NCBI GenBank assembly: GCA_023213395.1
Contig: CM041465.1
Location: forward strand, 168,337,741-168,401,740
Origin: Cycas panzhihuaensis
Lineage: Eukaryota > Plantae > Cycadophyta
DNA: 64,000 nucleotides
Direction: 5' to 3'
Positions within the stretch are counted from its first letter, which is position 1. The number at the start of each line of letters is the position of its first letter. This document shows, one piece after another, positions 38,640 to 52,690 of this stretch. A model generated the notes under the pieces. That model saw only the letters and a list, made by a program, of their open reading frames with translations. It was not told the origin of the DNA and did not search any database. Both the position numbers and the translations under genes were made by a program.

Positions 38640-41600
38640 AAACTAGCAAATGTAAAGTTCAATGTGGAAAAATTCAATAGTAAGAACAACTTCAAGTTAT
38701 GGAAGTTAAAAGTGTATGATGTTCTAGTATACAAGGTTTGTATAGAGCTCTTGTAGGTAAATCAAAGAAACCCACAGGGATAGATGATGATGAATAGGAT
38801 GATCTAGATAAAAGGGCTCTTAACACAATATAATTGTGCTTAACAAACAAAGTTTTGTTTAACATTGCAGGAGAGACAATAATAGCAGGATTATGGACCC
38901 AGTTAGAAGGCTTGTACATTACCAAATTAGTGATGAATTAAATCTACTTAATGAGGTAGTTGTGCTCATTGCAGATAAAGGAAGGTACAAAAATTACTGA
39001 CCATTTAAATATTTTTAATACTCTTATTTATCAGTTAGCTAGTATTGATATCACGATTAAGGATGAAGACAAGGTTATTACCTTGTTATGTTCATTACTA
39101 GGATCCTAAGATAATATTTCCATCTCAATTAGTTTTAGCATTATAGATGAATTAGACTATGATTCTATTGCGAGTGCTTTACTGACAAAAGAAGTGAGAA
39201 GGAAGTCTAGTCTTAAAACCTCCACACTAGAAGCTATCATAGTAAGGGGTAGAATGATTGAGAGAGGACAAAGCTCTAGGGATACATCAAGATCAAAGTC
39301 AAAAGCCAAGAAGAGTAAGCTCAGATATTAGTACTACAATAAGATAGATCACCTCAAGAAGGATTACTACAAAAGGAAGGAGTTCCAGAAAAAGGAAGAT
39401 TCAGCGAAGGAGGCCAATTAGGTGAAGTCAAATCAAGGAACAGATAATGATGTCTTAGTTGCTTATAATATTTCTTATTATCATCATGATTAGTTATTAG
39501 ATTTAAGTGCTTCACATCACATATGTCTATACAATAGTTGGTTTTCATCCTACCAACCTCTTGATGGTGGTGATGTGCTTATGAGAAATGAATTTTTCTA
39601 TAAGATAATAGGCATTGGTAGCATCAGAATTAAAATATTTGATGGTGTAGTAATAATATTAACTAAAGTTAGACATGTACTTGATCTAAAAAGGAATCTG
39701 ATTTCATTGGGTAAACTAGATTCTAGTGGTTATAAGCACACAATTCATGAAAGAGTCTTGAAGGTGTCAAAGGACACCTTGGTTATTATGAAAGCCTTAA
39801 AGAAAGGAAACCTTTATATTTTAGTGAGAAGTACAGATGTCAACCATGCAGTTATGGCATTAAAAACTATAGAAGATCCAACTTAGTTATGGAATCAGAG
39901 ACTTGGGCACATGAGTGAGAGAGGACTTAAGGTGTTCATGAACTGTAAGTTACTTCATAACTTACAACTTTCATATTTGATTTTTTGGAAACATTATATT
40001 TTTGGAAAGTAATGTAGACTCAGGTTTAAAATAAGAAGTTACACTAATTAAGGTGTTTTAGATTACATACATTTAGATATGTAGGAACCAACCCTTATAA
40101 TATCTTATGGAGGATCATTATACTTTATTACATTTATAGATGATTACTCTAAAAAGGTATAGGTCTATTTTTTGAAAAGGAAATCTAACGTTTTCAGTGT
40201 GTTTAAGTAGTTCAAAGCTCTAGTTTAGAAGAGCACTAGTAGGTCAATCAAATGTTTAAGAATTGATAATGGAGGTGAGTTCAACTCCTTGGAGTTTCAG
40301 AACTATTACAGAGAAGCTGGGATTTGAAGGCATAAGACCAGTGGCTATACTCCTTAGTAGAATGGCATAGTTGAGCACATGAAAATGACCTCTTGGAAAG
40401 AGCAAGAAGCATGTTGAGTAACACAAATATGGAGTAAAGCTTATGGGTAGAAGGTATTCAAACAACTTGTTGTTTAGTAAATAGGTCACCATCACTTGTA
40501 ATAGAAACCAAGATTCCTGAAGAGGTATAGACTGGACATCTATATAACTATTCAAATTTGAAAGTTTTTAGTTGTGATGCTTATACCTTGACTAATAAAA
40601 GTAAATATTCAAAGTTAGACCTGGAATCCAAGAGATGTATCTTTATTTATTATGGTGATAGAGATGGTATGAATGGGTATAGGCTGTGAGATCCTACTAC
40701 TCACAAAATCACTATTAATAGAGATGTTATGTTTAATGAATCTCCTTTTCTAAAATTAGATATTGTAAAAGTTAAAGTGAAACAGGATCAGAAAGTTAAA
40801 CATCAATAAGTCAAGCTTGATACCCAGCCATCTTTAAAAATAGAAGAGCAAGAGGACCTTTCTAAAGATGAATTTGTAGTAGATTTACAGGAGTATGTAG
40901 ATACTCCTTCACCAACTATTAGAATATCTATATGAGTCAATCATCCACCTAACATGTACAATGCTTCTATTTCTATTATTTTGGTTTCTAATGATGGTGA
41001 GCCTACATGTTATCAAGAAGTAGTAGATGATATCCATAGTGAAAAGTGGAAGAGGGCTATATAGGAAGAGATAGATGCTTTGAAGAAAAATAATTCACAG
41101 GACTTAGTAGAACATCCACATGGTAGGAAGACTACTAGTTACAGGTGGGTTTTCAAGAAGAAAATAGATGTTTATAGAAAGGTTGATAAATACAGGGTAA
41201 GACTAGTAGCTAAAGGCTTTACATAGAAAGTAGGTATTGATTTTCATGAGGTTTTTTTACCAATTTTTAAACTTGTTTCAATTCAGGTTTTGTTAGCATT
41301 GGTATCTTCTCTTGATTTAGAGTTAGAGTAGTTAGATGTAAAAATAATTTTTCTACATGGAGATTTAGATGAGGAGATCTATATGGATCAACCAAAAGGG
41401 TTTGTATAGGATGGTAGGTAAAAGCTTGTTTGTAGGCTCAAGAAATCATTGTATGGCCTAAAGCAATCACCCAGGCAATAATATAGGAAGTTTGATGCCT
41501 TCATGGAGAGCTAAAATTTTAAAATAAGTGAGTATGATCTTTATGTTTACTTTAAATTCTTGGACAATAGCTTATTCATTATGTTAATATTATATGTTAA

Positions 41601-42558
41601 TGACATATTGGTTGCAAGCAAGACCATGGTAGAAATCAACAAGTCAAAGGCTCAATTAGCTAGGACTTTTAATATGAAGGATCTAAGAGCTGCAAAACAA
41701 ATCTTAGGTATGGAGATATAGAGAGATAGGAAAAATGGTAAGCTATGGTTATGACAGTAGAAATATATAGAGAAGGTGCTAACTAGATTTAGTATGGCAA
41801 ATGTGAAACCAGTGAGTATCATATTAGCTTCCCATTTTAAGCTTTCTTCGAGTATGAGTCCTAGTAATGAAGAAGAAAAGGATTATATGCCTCATGTACC
41901 TTATGCCAGTGCAATAGGAAGTTTGATGTATGCCATGGTATGTACAAGACCTAACACTTCACATGTAGTCGGTGTAGTTAGTAAGTTTATGGTAAATCCA
42001 AAAAAGGAACATTGGGTAGGAGTGAAATAGATGCTTCAGTATTTGAGGGGTACAAGTGACTATTACATTACCTTTAGAAGTACAGATAATCAAGTTTATG
42101 GATATGTTGATTCAAACTTTACATGAGATTTAGATAAGAGAAGGTATACTTTAGGTTATATATTTACTCTTGCAAATAGTCTGGTTAGTTAAATGTCAAA
42201 ATTACATAATATAATTACATTAGCAAATATAGAAGTAGAATATATTATTGTGGCATATACTTATAAAGAAACAATCTGGTTATAGGGTCTATTAGTTGAG
42301 CTTGGAAGGAAATAGAAAGAGGTAAAGGTATTTTGTGACAGTCAAAGCACTATTTACTTAGTAAAAAATCCATCTTATCATAGTAAGACAAATTATATCA
42401 CTCTTAAGTACTATTTTGTTAGATAGGTTATGGAAGTAAGTAGAGTGACACTTAAGAAGGTTAACAAAAAATAGAATTATATTGACATATTCACAAAATC
42501 AATACTATTAGAGAAGTTCAAATCATATTTGACTTCTCTTGGCTTGTAGAAAATGTGA
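38640..42558 (+). pseudogene. copia gag-pol, degenerate
   Basis: KFNVEKFNSKNNFKLWKLK, LDLSASHHI, LWNQRLGHMSERGL, RIDNGGEF, LYGLKQSPRQ, LYVNDIL, VPYASAIGSLMYAMVCTRP, YVDSNF, DIFTK. Confidence 0.93.
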
Positions 42559-42606
42559 CGAATGGTCTAAGAAAGGTATCAGGTAAATTATTATCAAGGT
42601 GGAAAT

Positions 42607-43262
42607 TGTTAGATAATATGATAATAATGTTTTAGAGGCTAAAATTTTGACAAGTTAATAATGTAGTTTCCCCCCCAAACTTCCTCAAGGGAATCCAAGA
42701 AAGGTAGGAGTCGCCCTTAGTCGGGGGGTATGGGGGGTGCTAGAGCCACTCCCTCCCCCTATAAAGAGGGGGTTCGGGGACTAACCCAAAAAGCTATCAC
42801 TAAAAAACATACTACATTATAAAGAGAATCAAGGTCATTCATTCAAAATACCCCAACTTTAATGGTTGAGATTTTTGCCTTTTGTGACTCTCTCATATAA
42901 CCCAATTTAGGGTGTTTTTTATTATGTTGATGGTGTTCACTATATTAGATATATTGTATTGAGTAGAGGTAGCTGGATGTTGTTGTTGTGAGCATTTTAC
43001 TGCAGATTATATATATTTCTCCATTCTTAGATAATAAAGATCGATATCTTTCCTGTGTGGATGTTTCCCTAGCACACTGCTAGGTTTTTACTATGTTATA
43101 TTATGTGTATATATGATGAATTATATTTCTAATTCATTTATTATATTATCTCTAGTTTAAGAACTTACATATTAAATTTTAGTTTTGATTCTTGTAACTA
43201 GTTGTAAAATAATTTAGATCTTAGTGGCAATTTTTAGTTATTGGGACCTAGTTTTCTCAACA
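42607..43262 (+). repeat. 3' LTR (656 bp)
   Basis: TGTT...AACA, direct repeat of 37991-38561. Confidence 0.93.
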
Positions 43263-46200
43263 TAATGGATAATGCCAAAAATTCTCATGATCTTTGGTAG
43301 ATGGTAAGTTATTAGGATCAAAAGAGATAATGGGTTATTTAAGAGAGGTGTGTGTAACAACATGGATTAGAACTTTCTTATGCCCTAAGGCTTCCAAAAG
43401 TTAGTTACATTATTCGAGGTAGCCTCACAAGATGTTCATCATAGACATTCCTATGAAAATGATGTGAAGTTCTTCTACTATGGAAAAATACTTTCCCTTA
43501 CTAGTCAATTAGGGAAGGTCCCTTTTAAAGTCATATTGATTAAGGTGGATGGGAATTGTCTAGGGTAGGATAAGGAATTTTATTAGAAGAGACTTAATAG
43601 GTGGTTGTTGGGAAGTGGAGGCTTCTCCCACTTCCTTAGTTACTTGGGATTAAGTAACGAGAAACACTTGTGTGATATTGAACATCTACATGAACCTTTT
43701 AGACTTAGTATTATAGTATTAGGATATATAAGTTAGGTCTTGGCTTTTGGAGGAAGGGGATCCTATTGACCTAAGTTAGGGTTTGTTCTTTACTTAGTCT
43801 AAAGTAGGACTAGATGGTGGCCTCCTTTATGGTTAAGGCCATCCCCTTCCTTATTGGGTATATGGTTGGGTTGGTTACTTAGGTGCATCGTGGCTTCAGA
43901 AGAGGGCCCAATAGATTATCTACTCAAGGTTTAGTTTAGATATGGATTATGGAGGAGGATCCTAGGGCGATGCCTATTTAAGATGTTGGGTCTAATAATA
44001 GGTATCATCATGGGTGAAACTCCTATTAATAAAACACCACATCTTCTTAGGAGGATATAAGGACTTTTTATCTTAGGAAGGGGTGGGATTTCCCCCTTTG
44101 GGCTAAGAAATAGTTTAAGCAATTTGATGAACCATCATATACCTATACAAGAGGATAATTAGCTCTAGCTAGCTAGATACTAGTTGAAGTTTGAGATATT
44201 TGATCACTTATTAAAATGAGGGAATGATAGAAGTGAATGAATCCATGGTCTTATCATCATTTCCAATAAGAGGCCTTAGATCATGTAGCTCAGGCCTTTG
44301 GTTTCATGATGAAGGTAATGTCTCATAATGTAGGGGAGGTATATTGACCATTTTAAGGCCTTCTTAGATCTTGATGGACTCTAAAGTAAGGAATTTAGTA
44401 ATTCTTAAGTCACAAGTGGTCATTCCCAACTAGAGTACTTTCACATGGGCTTCAAGGCAAAGGGCATTAATGAAGATATCTCTCTTGAGGTATTTAGGTA
44501 ATGTGGCCTTAGAAAAATGTCATAAGTCATGAAAATAAAATATAAAGTCTTAATTAAGCTCTTCAAGGTCTTATTTAATTAGGAGAATGACTTTAGACTC
44601 ACACTTAAAAGGGTGAATGATATTTAAATAATTGAGAAATGTGTATGTCAACTACTAAAAACAAAAGATAGAATGGGCATCTAGGTAATAAAACCACTTT
44701 AGATAATGCCCATATAGAGATCTTAGGAATAGTTTCATTAAGATACAGTCATAGGATGAATAGTCAATACATCTTATAATAAATGCTCTAAAATAATTAG
44801 TGGGGTCTTAGGACAAAGTGCCTTTAAACTTGGGTACCTTAGGAGGGTGGGGTGGCAAGTTGGTTCTAAGGGTTTCTAAGGAAAGTAGATGAGTCCTATA
44901 GTCAATAAAAGGGTATGACCTTAGTTGAGCTAAGGGATCAAGGGATGGAAAAGTAGGCTATTACTGATAGGTTGGTTATATTTAGGACTCATTATAAGGG
45001 ATGCATCCTTATTAGTAGAATTAGTACTAAGGCACAAGTTAAGGGATGTCCCCTACCTAACATAGAGCCATTGCTTAAGCATAGGGTTGAGGTACATGGG
45101 GAGGTAAGCACGCATATCTTGAGGTACCATATGAAGGAGGTAGATAGGACATGCCACCTTGTGCAATGTATCCCTAAGGAATCAATGCATAAGGTGGGGT
45201 AGGTAAAGGATTAGGTTGGGATTGGTAGGTTTAGATAGGTGGCACTTGAAAAGTGAGGGTAGGTTGAGGCATTGTAGGTTGATAAGGTGGAGTGGGGTAA
45301 GATGAAGGATGAGGTAAAGGGTTCTACCCATTTGAGCTTTCAATTGGAGGGTTAACTCCATACAGGTGAAGTAGGTCTACAACATAAGCAAGAAAAATAT
45401 GAGATCCACCTTACCCTTACTATTAAGCAACATAGCTTAGTAGGATTGAGGCAAATTAGTTATGCTAAAAATGATAAATAATAGGTCAAGGGGTGCCACC
45501 TAATCTTATGACGTAAGTAGATGGTGGTAGTAGTTGTAGGCTACTTGTTGGTGGAGTGAATAGAGGGATAGATGAAATAAGCTAGGAAATTACCTAAATA
45601 GGTTAAGAAATTGCACTAGATGAATCACCCATAGATTAGGTAATTGTCAACTAAGGTTCAGTAGGTGGGGGGTGGCTTGGGCAACTAGTTAAGAAGCAAT
45701 TAGGGCTGACTAAAGGAAGGTGGGACTAGAATAAGTGGAGTAGAGGTAGGTGCAATGGTGAATAAGTGATGGTCCCAAGTAGAAGTGGTCTCTCTTACAA
45801 CTATTTCAAGTTATACCCTTAGGGTAGCAACTATATATAAGAGGTGTTTTGGATCTATAACAAGTCTTATATCTACTTATCCACATGGGCCTCGTCAAAA
45901 TAGAAAGCCCAGGTTAATGACTTAAGGATTTGTAAGGGATCATGGGGCTAGTTAGCCCTAGTGAGATGAGAAAGAGACCCTACAATATTATAATAGAACC
46001 CTTCTACTTCACAGGCCCAGTAAGTTGGATTAAAATTTTCTTAATAAGGTTGTTAGAAGGACAACTCTTGGTAGATTGGGGTTAATCTTAGCATAGGCTT
46101 AATACAAGTCTTAGGCTTGGTAAGGATCTTAAATAGAATAAGATTTATGGGGTGGGCATCTAGGTTGAGCCTAAAAGGGGTCCTAGGACCACTTAGAGGG

Positions 46201-46501
46201 GACTTGGCCTACCATTAAGGAATGGTCATTAGTCAAAAAATTAAGTGGATAAAATGGATTAGAATTATATGAGGAAAGGCCTTGAGAGAATCACTGTATA
46301 TGAGAAGTAAAGGTAAAAGAAGAAAAGTATAGGTAGAAAGGTTGACATGCACATAGGTCATAAAGCTAAGTAGAAGGTGTGAGGGGTCTTCACAAAGATA
46401 GCTAATGGAGTAAGCAAAGACTTTCCCTATCATGAAGGTTCAAAATAAAGAAGAATAAAGGGGGATAACAACACAATACTAGGCTAACACGTAGCTAGAG
46501 A

Positions 46502-46520
46502 GTCCCTAATATGGTCACTA
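46502..46520 (-). promoter_or_regulatory. possible decayed tRNA-Arg-type PBS of the minus-strand gypsy element
   Basis: The minus strand reads ...TTCA-T-TAGTGACCATATTAGGGAC, loosely like TGGCGACYxxxxTGGGGAC, upstream of gag. Confidence 0.3.
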
Positions 46521-49500
46521 ATGAATTTGAATGAGTGAGGGGGAGAGGACATGTAAATCATGACCTTGGTAATGGACCTAAAAGTTGAGAGTAATTTGAG
46601 TAGGGAGGGGTACATGCATATGCCCCTTATTCAAATGTTTGTGCATTTATTATATACTGTTGTGGGAATGTTTGACACTATACTTGACCATATAGGCAAA
46701 GGGCAATATACAAGTATGTATGATGTGTTAAGAAAGGTGAAAATAAAAGGAAAGTAATGCTAACTACATCTATTTAACAAATAGAGAGAAAACTATAGTG
46801 AAAAAATGTATATAAGACAAATATACATCAACTAAAGAATGTGAACTAAAAGCAAACTAATAATAACTTGACATAAAATCAATCAAACTATAATTAGCAT
46901 CCTCAAAAGGACTAATTAGAACATAGAAAGCCCTCATGATGAAAGGGAGATAATTAAGCACAAATACTCATAACTCCTGTGTTGCTATGCACTTATCCTG
47001 TATAGTTAAACCCCCTAAGCTGACTGACCTATCCTAACCTAGACTTCTACTTGACCTAAAAGTGGCATACTCAATCTATAAAGATAAGGAAAAATTTGCC
47101 TAGAGAGAGAGTTCTAAAGGAAATAAAACCATAGGATAGATCTCATAAATAGGTTAGTGGGCACTCATTAATATCAGTGATTGCTCTCACACAAATGCAA
47201 GAGTGGCTTGACAATGCCCACATTTGATTTCAATGAACCTCAAGCTATAACAAGGTGAAGAAGATAAAGGATGTCACTCTCAATAAGAGAGATGATACTC
47301 ACTTAACTATCCATGCTTAACGTACAAGTGCATGGCAAGGATAGACATCCTTTAACCACCTATTCATAATATAAATCAAATGCTCAACACCTAAAGGTAT
47401 AAGACAACCTCTCTTATTTGGTAATGACACTTAGGTGGAAAAAAAATTGTCCCCCTTCTTTGGTAGAAAGAAGGACCCTATACCCTAAAAGAGACTAAAG
47501 AAGCAAACAAATCACACACCTAAGGCAACTAACATATAATTTTGATTATTTGTAGATAGCATAATAACTTAACTAATTGAAAGAGAATGTTGCCCCATGG
47601 ATTTGAGGAACCATAACTAGTATGAACCTCTTCTTTATTAGGCCCCTAAGAAAGTACATGCTAAAAATAAAGATGTAAATACAATATGCATAGTAACACA
47701 ATATGAAATATTCCTTTTAACCCTTTTTTTTAATTTCTCTTTCCCTATTTAAATTAAAATCCTATGAGCAATGATGAAGAAAAGCAAATAATAGAGATTT
47801 AAGCATATAAGAAAACCAACTTTTCTTAATGTTCTTCTTTTGCAAAATAAAACTAAGAAGCCAAAATGATGATTTATGATCTTTTTCTTTTATAAAGGAA
47901 GCTAGAAATATAGGATTTATGAGGGGTACCTAGTGAGATGCACTAATCACCAATCTTAACCTTTTTTAAAGTTAATTTTAAGCTCTCCAAACTACTAATG
48001 AAACTCAAAAGAAATTAAGCTAATATGTGATATTAGAAACAAAATTTCTCAGAAATGTCTTATTGAATTTTTGCTTTCTAGAGTAGGCTATGACAAAAAA
48101 TAATTGTCCAAAAAATGAAAATGCTAAAATATATGTTTAAACACACTTTGGCACTAACCTATTCTTTGGCCTTTTCATTAGAATTTCTGCAGTATAATGG
48201 CTACACAATAGACTCTAAACTTTGATAGGAAAGAGGATAAAAAGAAGGAGAGAGAAGGAGAATCTCCAAGCTACTCTATATGCTTCAAAACCCATAATAA
48301 AATTTATAGAGCTTCACCACCTGCATGAGTTAATGGCATGCAATACTATTGTGATGAAATCCAATGGAAAAGCTACCAAATCAATAAAATAAACCAAACA
48401 TATAAAGTAGGCAAAAGTAAGTGTGAAATATGACCCAAAAATGTCAAAGTTGTCCACTCCTTTTAGAGCCCAAAGAGCAATATTAGGCCCTTATTTGACT
48501 ACAAGACACCAATATACAAAGGAGGTTAAAGATTCCAAAATAAGAAATTCAAATTAACATAATAAATAAGTAAAGGCAATTCAATACCAGAGAGAGAAAT
48601 AAATAAAAATCTTGGGAATAATGGTAAAAATATTAGATTTGTGTGGGGGATTATTTATTTTAAGAGATAGAGGGATGCAAATAACTATAAACTCTAACTA
48701 ATTAATTCTCTAACAATGTCTAATGATCAATTTTGAAGCCAAGAATGGAAGCTAATAAGGAAGATTAGATGAACTCAAACAACTTAAAAAAAAATTAGTA
48801 GCATAACAACAACTCAATAAACTTGCAATATGACCTTTTTTCAATAAAAATAGTGGGTATAAATAGACTAGGATGAAGGATTAGGCCTATAGTTTCAATC
48901 CCATAGATTTTGGAGAAACCATAGGCAAAACCCTATGCTTTTAGTGAGAAATTATAAGAGTAGGCCTTAAGTATCCTTTGGTTTCATCCTTGGGCAACCC
49001 ATGATTTTGATGAAGCCATAAATAGAGCTCACATTTGGGCACTATTAATATGTAGCCAAATAGAGGCCTAAAAACTTTTACAAGTGAAAAAGGTTATATG
49101 GTGAAGTTTGGTGTGGTACCATAAAGAATCTTCATCATATCATGAAGCTTTAATGTTTTTAATAGTTTTGTGTAAAAATTGGTTATAAAGCCTAAAAATT
49201 AGTGTAGTATAGCAAAAAACAAGGTGCTATAAGTAATAATCACAATGAGAGAAGAGAGAAATAATGAACAATAGATCAAATCTGATGAAAAAATGATTGA
49301 AAGAGTAAGTTGAGAAGAAGAAAGACACAAGTAGGGAAAGAGAAAGACTAAACATGTCTTATAGAGGCATTAAGGGGTTGTTTCTTAACTCATCAACCTC
49401 AAATAGACAATAATAAATCCATTAACCATGGTTAAAATCATCATAAACAAAGCATCAACATACTCATCTAGTAAATCAATAAGCAAACAAGAGCATATGC

Positions 49501-49978
49501 TTATAAAATAACTACTCTAAGCTATCTTAAGCTAAGTTTAAAAAGGGGACAAGTATATACTTTCACTTACCTATTAGCGTGATGTCCATAATATTCCCAA
49601 ATTATTGGAAATAATTTCTAAATTATTCTAAAATAATCTAGAAAATATAAAGAACATAGGACAATCTGTGATGTTTTTTAACCTACACTATTGTAAGGGC
49701 TATTATTTTCATAATACCTCGACATTTAGTTATCAACCCCTAAAGATGAACAAACAAAGTTAACAAAATAGATCAAAGTATTTAATAGAGAAAATGTTAA
49801 TGTATAAGAGCCCTAGTAGTTAGTTCAAGCATAAAATCTTACAAAAATATAACTGTAACAAAAACAATAGAAGGTAGTAAGGGCACTCAAGTAGATTAGT
49901 TACTAGTTTGAAAGAAGAAATATGAGAAGGCATGACCTTATAGATAGAAACAAGAAAGCAAAAAAGAGATGAGGAAAG

Positions 49979-50423
49979 TGTTAGATATGTTGAACACTTT
50001 GCAAGTGTTACATAGGTATAAGCATTACACTCGAGCCCCTTTATGGGGTTAAGGGCCTATTGTGGGGTCTGGGGGGCCAAGAATTATTTTTTGGTGTATT
50101 ATAAGGGTCTTTGTTGGCTTGTGGTTTATGCCCATTATATTGTAAAACCACGAGGTGGTATCTTATAATGTTGTGTCTATATATTCTTATGTAACAACAT
50201 ATGTAATGTAGTGTGGATGAATGTTTAATGAGTCAATGAGAAGAGTTAGGGTTTATTCGTCTCTGTAATTCTTTAGTTGTTACTTAAATTAATAAAAGGT
50301 CTATGCTTGGACCTGAATATGCTAGTGTTCTTTATTGAGTGCTTGACTTATTTATGTTATTTATTCTTTGCATGGTTTAAAGTTATATTATCACATTACT
50401 TCTGTGGTTATATTTTCTCTTGA
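49979..50423 (+). mobile_element. probable solo LTR
   Basis: Starts TGTTAGA, has a G/C-run block like the 42607 LTR, TATA- and AATAAA-like sites, and is flanked by GAAAG on both sides. It ends in GA rather than CA and the flanks are purine-rich, so the TSD could be chance. Confidence 0.45.
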
Positions 50424-51419
50424 GAAAGAAAGAAGGAGATCACTAAAGAAAAAAGTAAATTAGAAGAAAAAGTAGAAGGAGAGGAGGGATTATAACCATA
50501 TACAAAAGAATAGACCAAGATTGAAGTAGAACCAACTTAAGAATCTATATTCATTAATTTTGAAGATGAAATAAATTAAAGTAAGGAATATCATAAGAAT
50601 TTAGTAGAAAAAAAAAGGAAACAACAAATAATTAAGCAGTTAATAAGCAAACAACAAAGATTGAATTTTCTCGGGATGAACAAATTTTAGAAGAGAGACT
50701 AGATCTAATGTTGTATGATCCTCATGATATATCCCAATGGAAAACATCTTTTTTAGGATGAGTCACATGATAGTTGGTAATAAAGTTAGAAAATATGTCA
50801 CAAAGCCACCAACAACCTTAAAACAAATAGCCTAGTTGGAGGATGAACTCTAAGTAGCCTAGTTAGAATATTTTATTAAATTTATTTTGAGTTATGTGGA
50901 TGATATTTTAGATTCTATATTATTTAAAGAAAATTATCTTCAAATTAGGAGCTTAGATTTTTAAGTGGGATAAGGAACCAAATGAGTAAAATCAACTCTA
51001 GAGTAGGACTTGGGCATTAAGAATAGAATTAAAATCCATACAAGCTAATAATAAAGAACTTTATATGGAGATCATATAGTTGCAAATAGGTGAGACTCAT
51101 AATATAAAGTAGTTAGAAGCATAATATGACATTATGATATTATATGATTTCACATGGTTAAAGGGATAGGTGACACCACCTTTAATAATGATACTATATC
51201 TTATATATTTAAAGAGGGAGATTAAAATTTTAAAAGAAGCCTAAAAGGAAGTATGAGAGGTGTTAGGAGGATAATAAAGGTAAATTTCAAGATACCCCTA
51301 ATTTTAAAATTTTAGGGGAAGGAAATGGGTGAAAATTTTAAATTTTAAAGTTAAGTGGAGGCACTTGATCATTTTATGATGGGAGAGATATATGCTAATA
51401 GTGTAATCAATGATATAAT

Positions 51420-51720
51420 TATAATTTAAAAATTACAACCAATACTATTATTATAGTCAAAGGGATGACCAAGTCTTCTGATCATATTTAGAGGTATGAG
51501 TAAAGACCTAATCATAGTCAGAGGTGTGACTATAGATCTTATTATAGTTAGAGGTACAACTAGAGATATGACCAAAGTCCTAATCATAGTTATAAGTATA
51601 ACTAGACATATCATTAGAGTCCTGATTGCAGTCAGAGGTACAACCAAAGGTGTGATTAGAGACCTTGAGGCTAGTCTAAAGTATGAATAAAGACCTTGAT
51701 CATAATCAAGAAGTATGGAA
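51420..51720. repeat. ~30-bp tandem repeat, ~9 diverged copies
   Basis: Unit ATCATAGTCAGAGGTRTGACYARAGACCT at 51481, 51511, 51541 and onward. It explains the spurious ORFs 51426-51647 and 51496-51690. Confidence 0.85.
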
Positions 51721-52690
51721 AAAAATATGGGTTATAATTAGAGTTTTGATTAATTAATGGATTGTATATAATATGATTAATCATGGTTGATAATAAATAG
51801 TTAGTTAATATTCTATTATAACCAAATGTATTTGTCTTATATCAAGTGAATGCTTATGAGAAGGATAGGTGTTCTAGTTTTAGGATTCTCTCTCTTTCTT
51901 ATTATAATGGATCATTGGCAACTTCTTTATAACAACTCTCCATATTGTATTATTTTGAGGAAACACTTAGTTATGAAAGAACCATATATGATGCCCTCTT
52001 ATGAATAAGAAGGTATTGATTTGCATTCCTCAATTGATGAGTATAGTTGTGGTTACTGTTATTTAGGTATTTGAGTTGATTTCTTAGGTAAATTACCTAA
52101 GTAGATAAATGAGTATAAAAGCACCTATTGGATGTTATCCTATTCTATGTAAAATTAAATAGCATTTATGCTTGTTAAATCATGTTATGATGGGAAAAAA
52201 ATTTGATAAAGTACTAAATCGCCTAAAAATAATTATTAAAATAAGTTCAAAATTCAAATATAAATATACCAACTTAGAGTAATTTTGATAACATCACCCT
52301 TGCCCTATAACTAATTTTAATTAATAGGAAGGAAGAAGGAAACTCCAAGCTACTTCAATCATTTGTAACTTATAATAAAAAAGGGTCCTTGATGTAATGT
52401 ATTATATATAAGATTAGTTATAAAGAATCAAGAAAGATATTTATAAAATATAATAGATAAATAATGAATTCAAAGTAGTAACTTCTTTTGAGTAAAACCA
52501 AATGTACAAAAGGTCTTAAATATGATGATTCATCACCAGAAATGGGCCCCAATTGGAAGAAATGAAACCACCCCTTCCCCCACCCTTTATTAAAACTAAT
52601 CAATTAGAGAGTCAAACAAAATATAAATTAAGGGAAATAATAAGATGAAAGTGAGTGAAAAAATATCAAACCAAACAGAAGACAAGTTAG

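Larger units (their letters stand above)
37991..43262 (+). mobile_element. full-length degenerate Ty1/copia element, Tnt1/Tork-like
   Basis: LTRs 37991-38561 and 42607-43262, perfect TSD TAATG (37986-37990, 43263-43267), PBS TGGTATTAGATCC at 38564-38576, PPT CAAGGTGGAAAT before 42607. Confidence 0.95.
37440..45400 (-). pseudogene. gypsy gag + protease remnant with no RT/RH/INT, split by the copia insertion 37991-43262
   Basis: gag PKVPKFKG..LMKLFLRSLYGHYLKWF (~44850-44690), knuckle WCFINRSFTHDD (~44040), FSIVEEL (~43490). Across the insertion: RIMVGSGTLVN (~37950) and YNLLLG*LWLNQM (~37735). It is homologous to the + strand element. Confidence 0.8.

Noticed and set aside
51426-51690. Two repetitive ORFs
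   Set aside because: They are by-products of the 30-bp tandem repeat.
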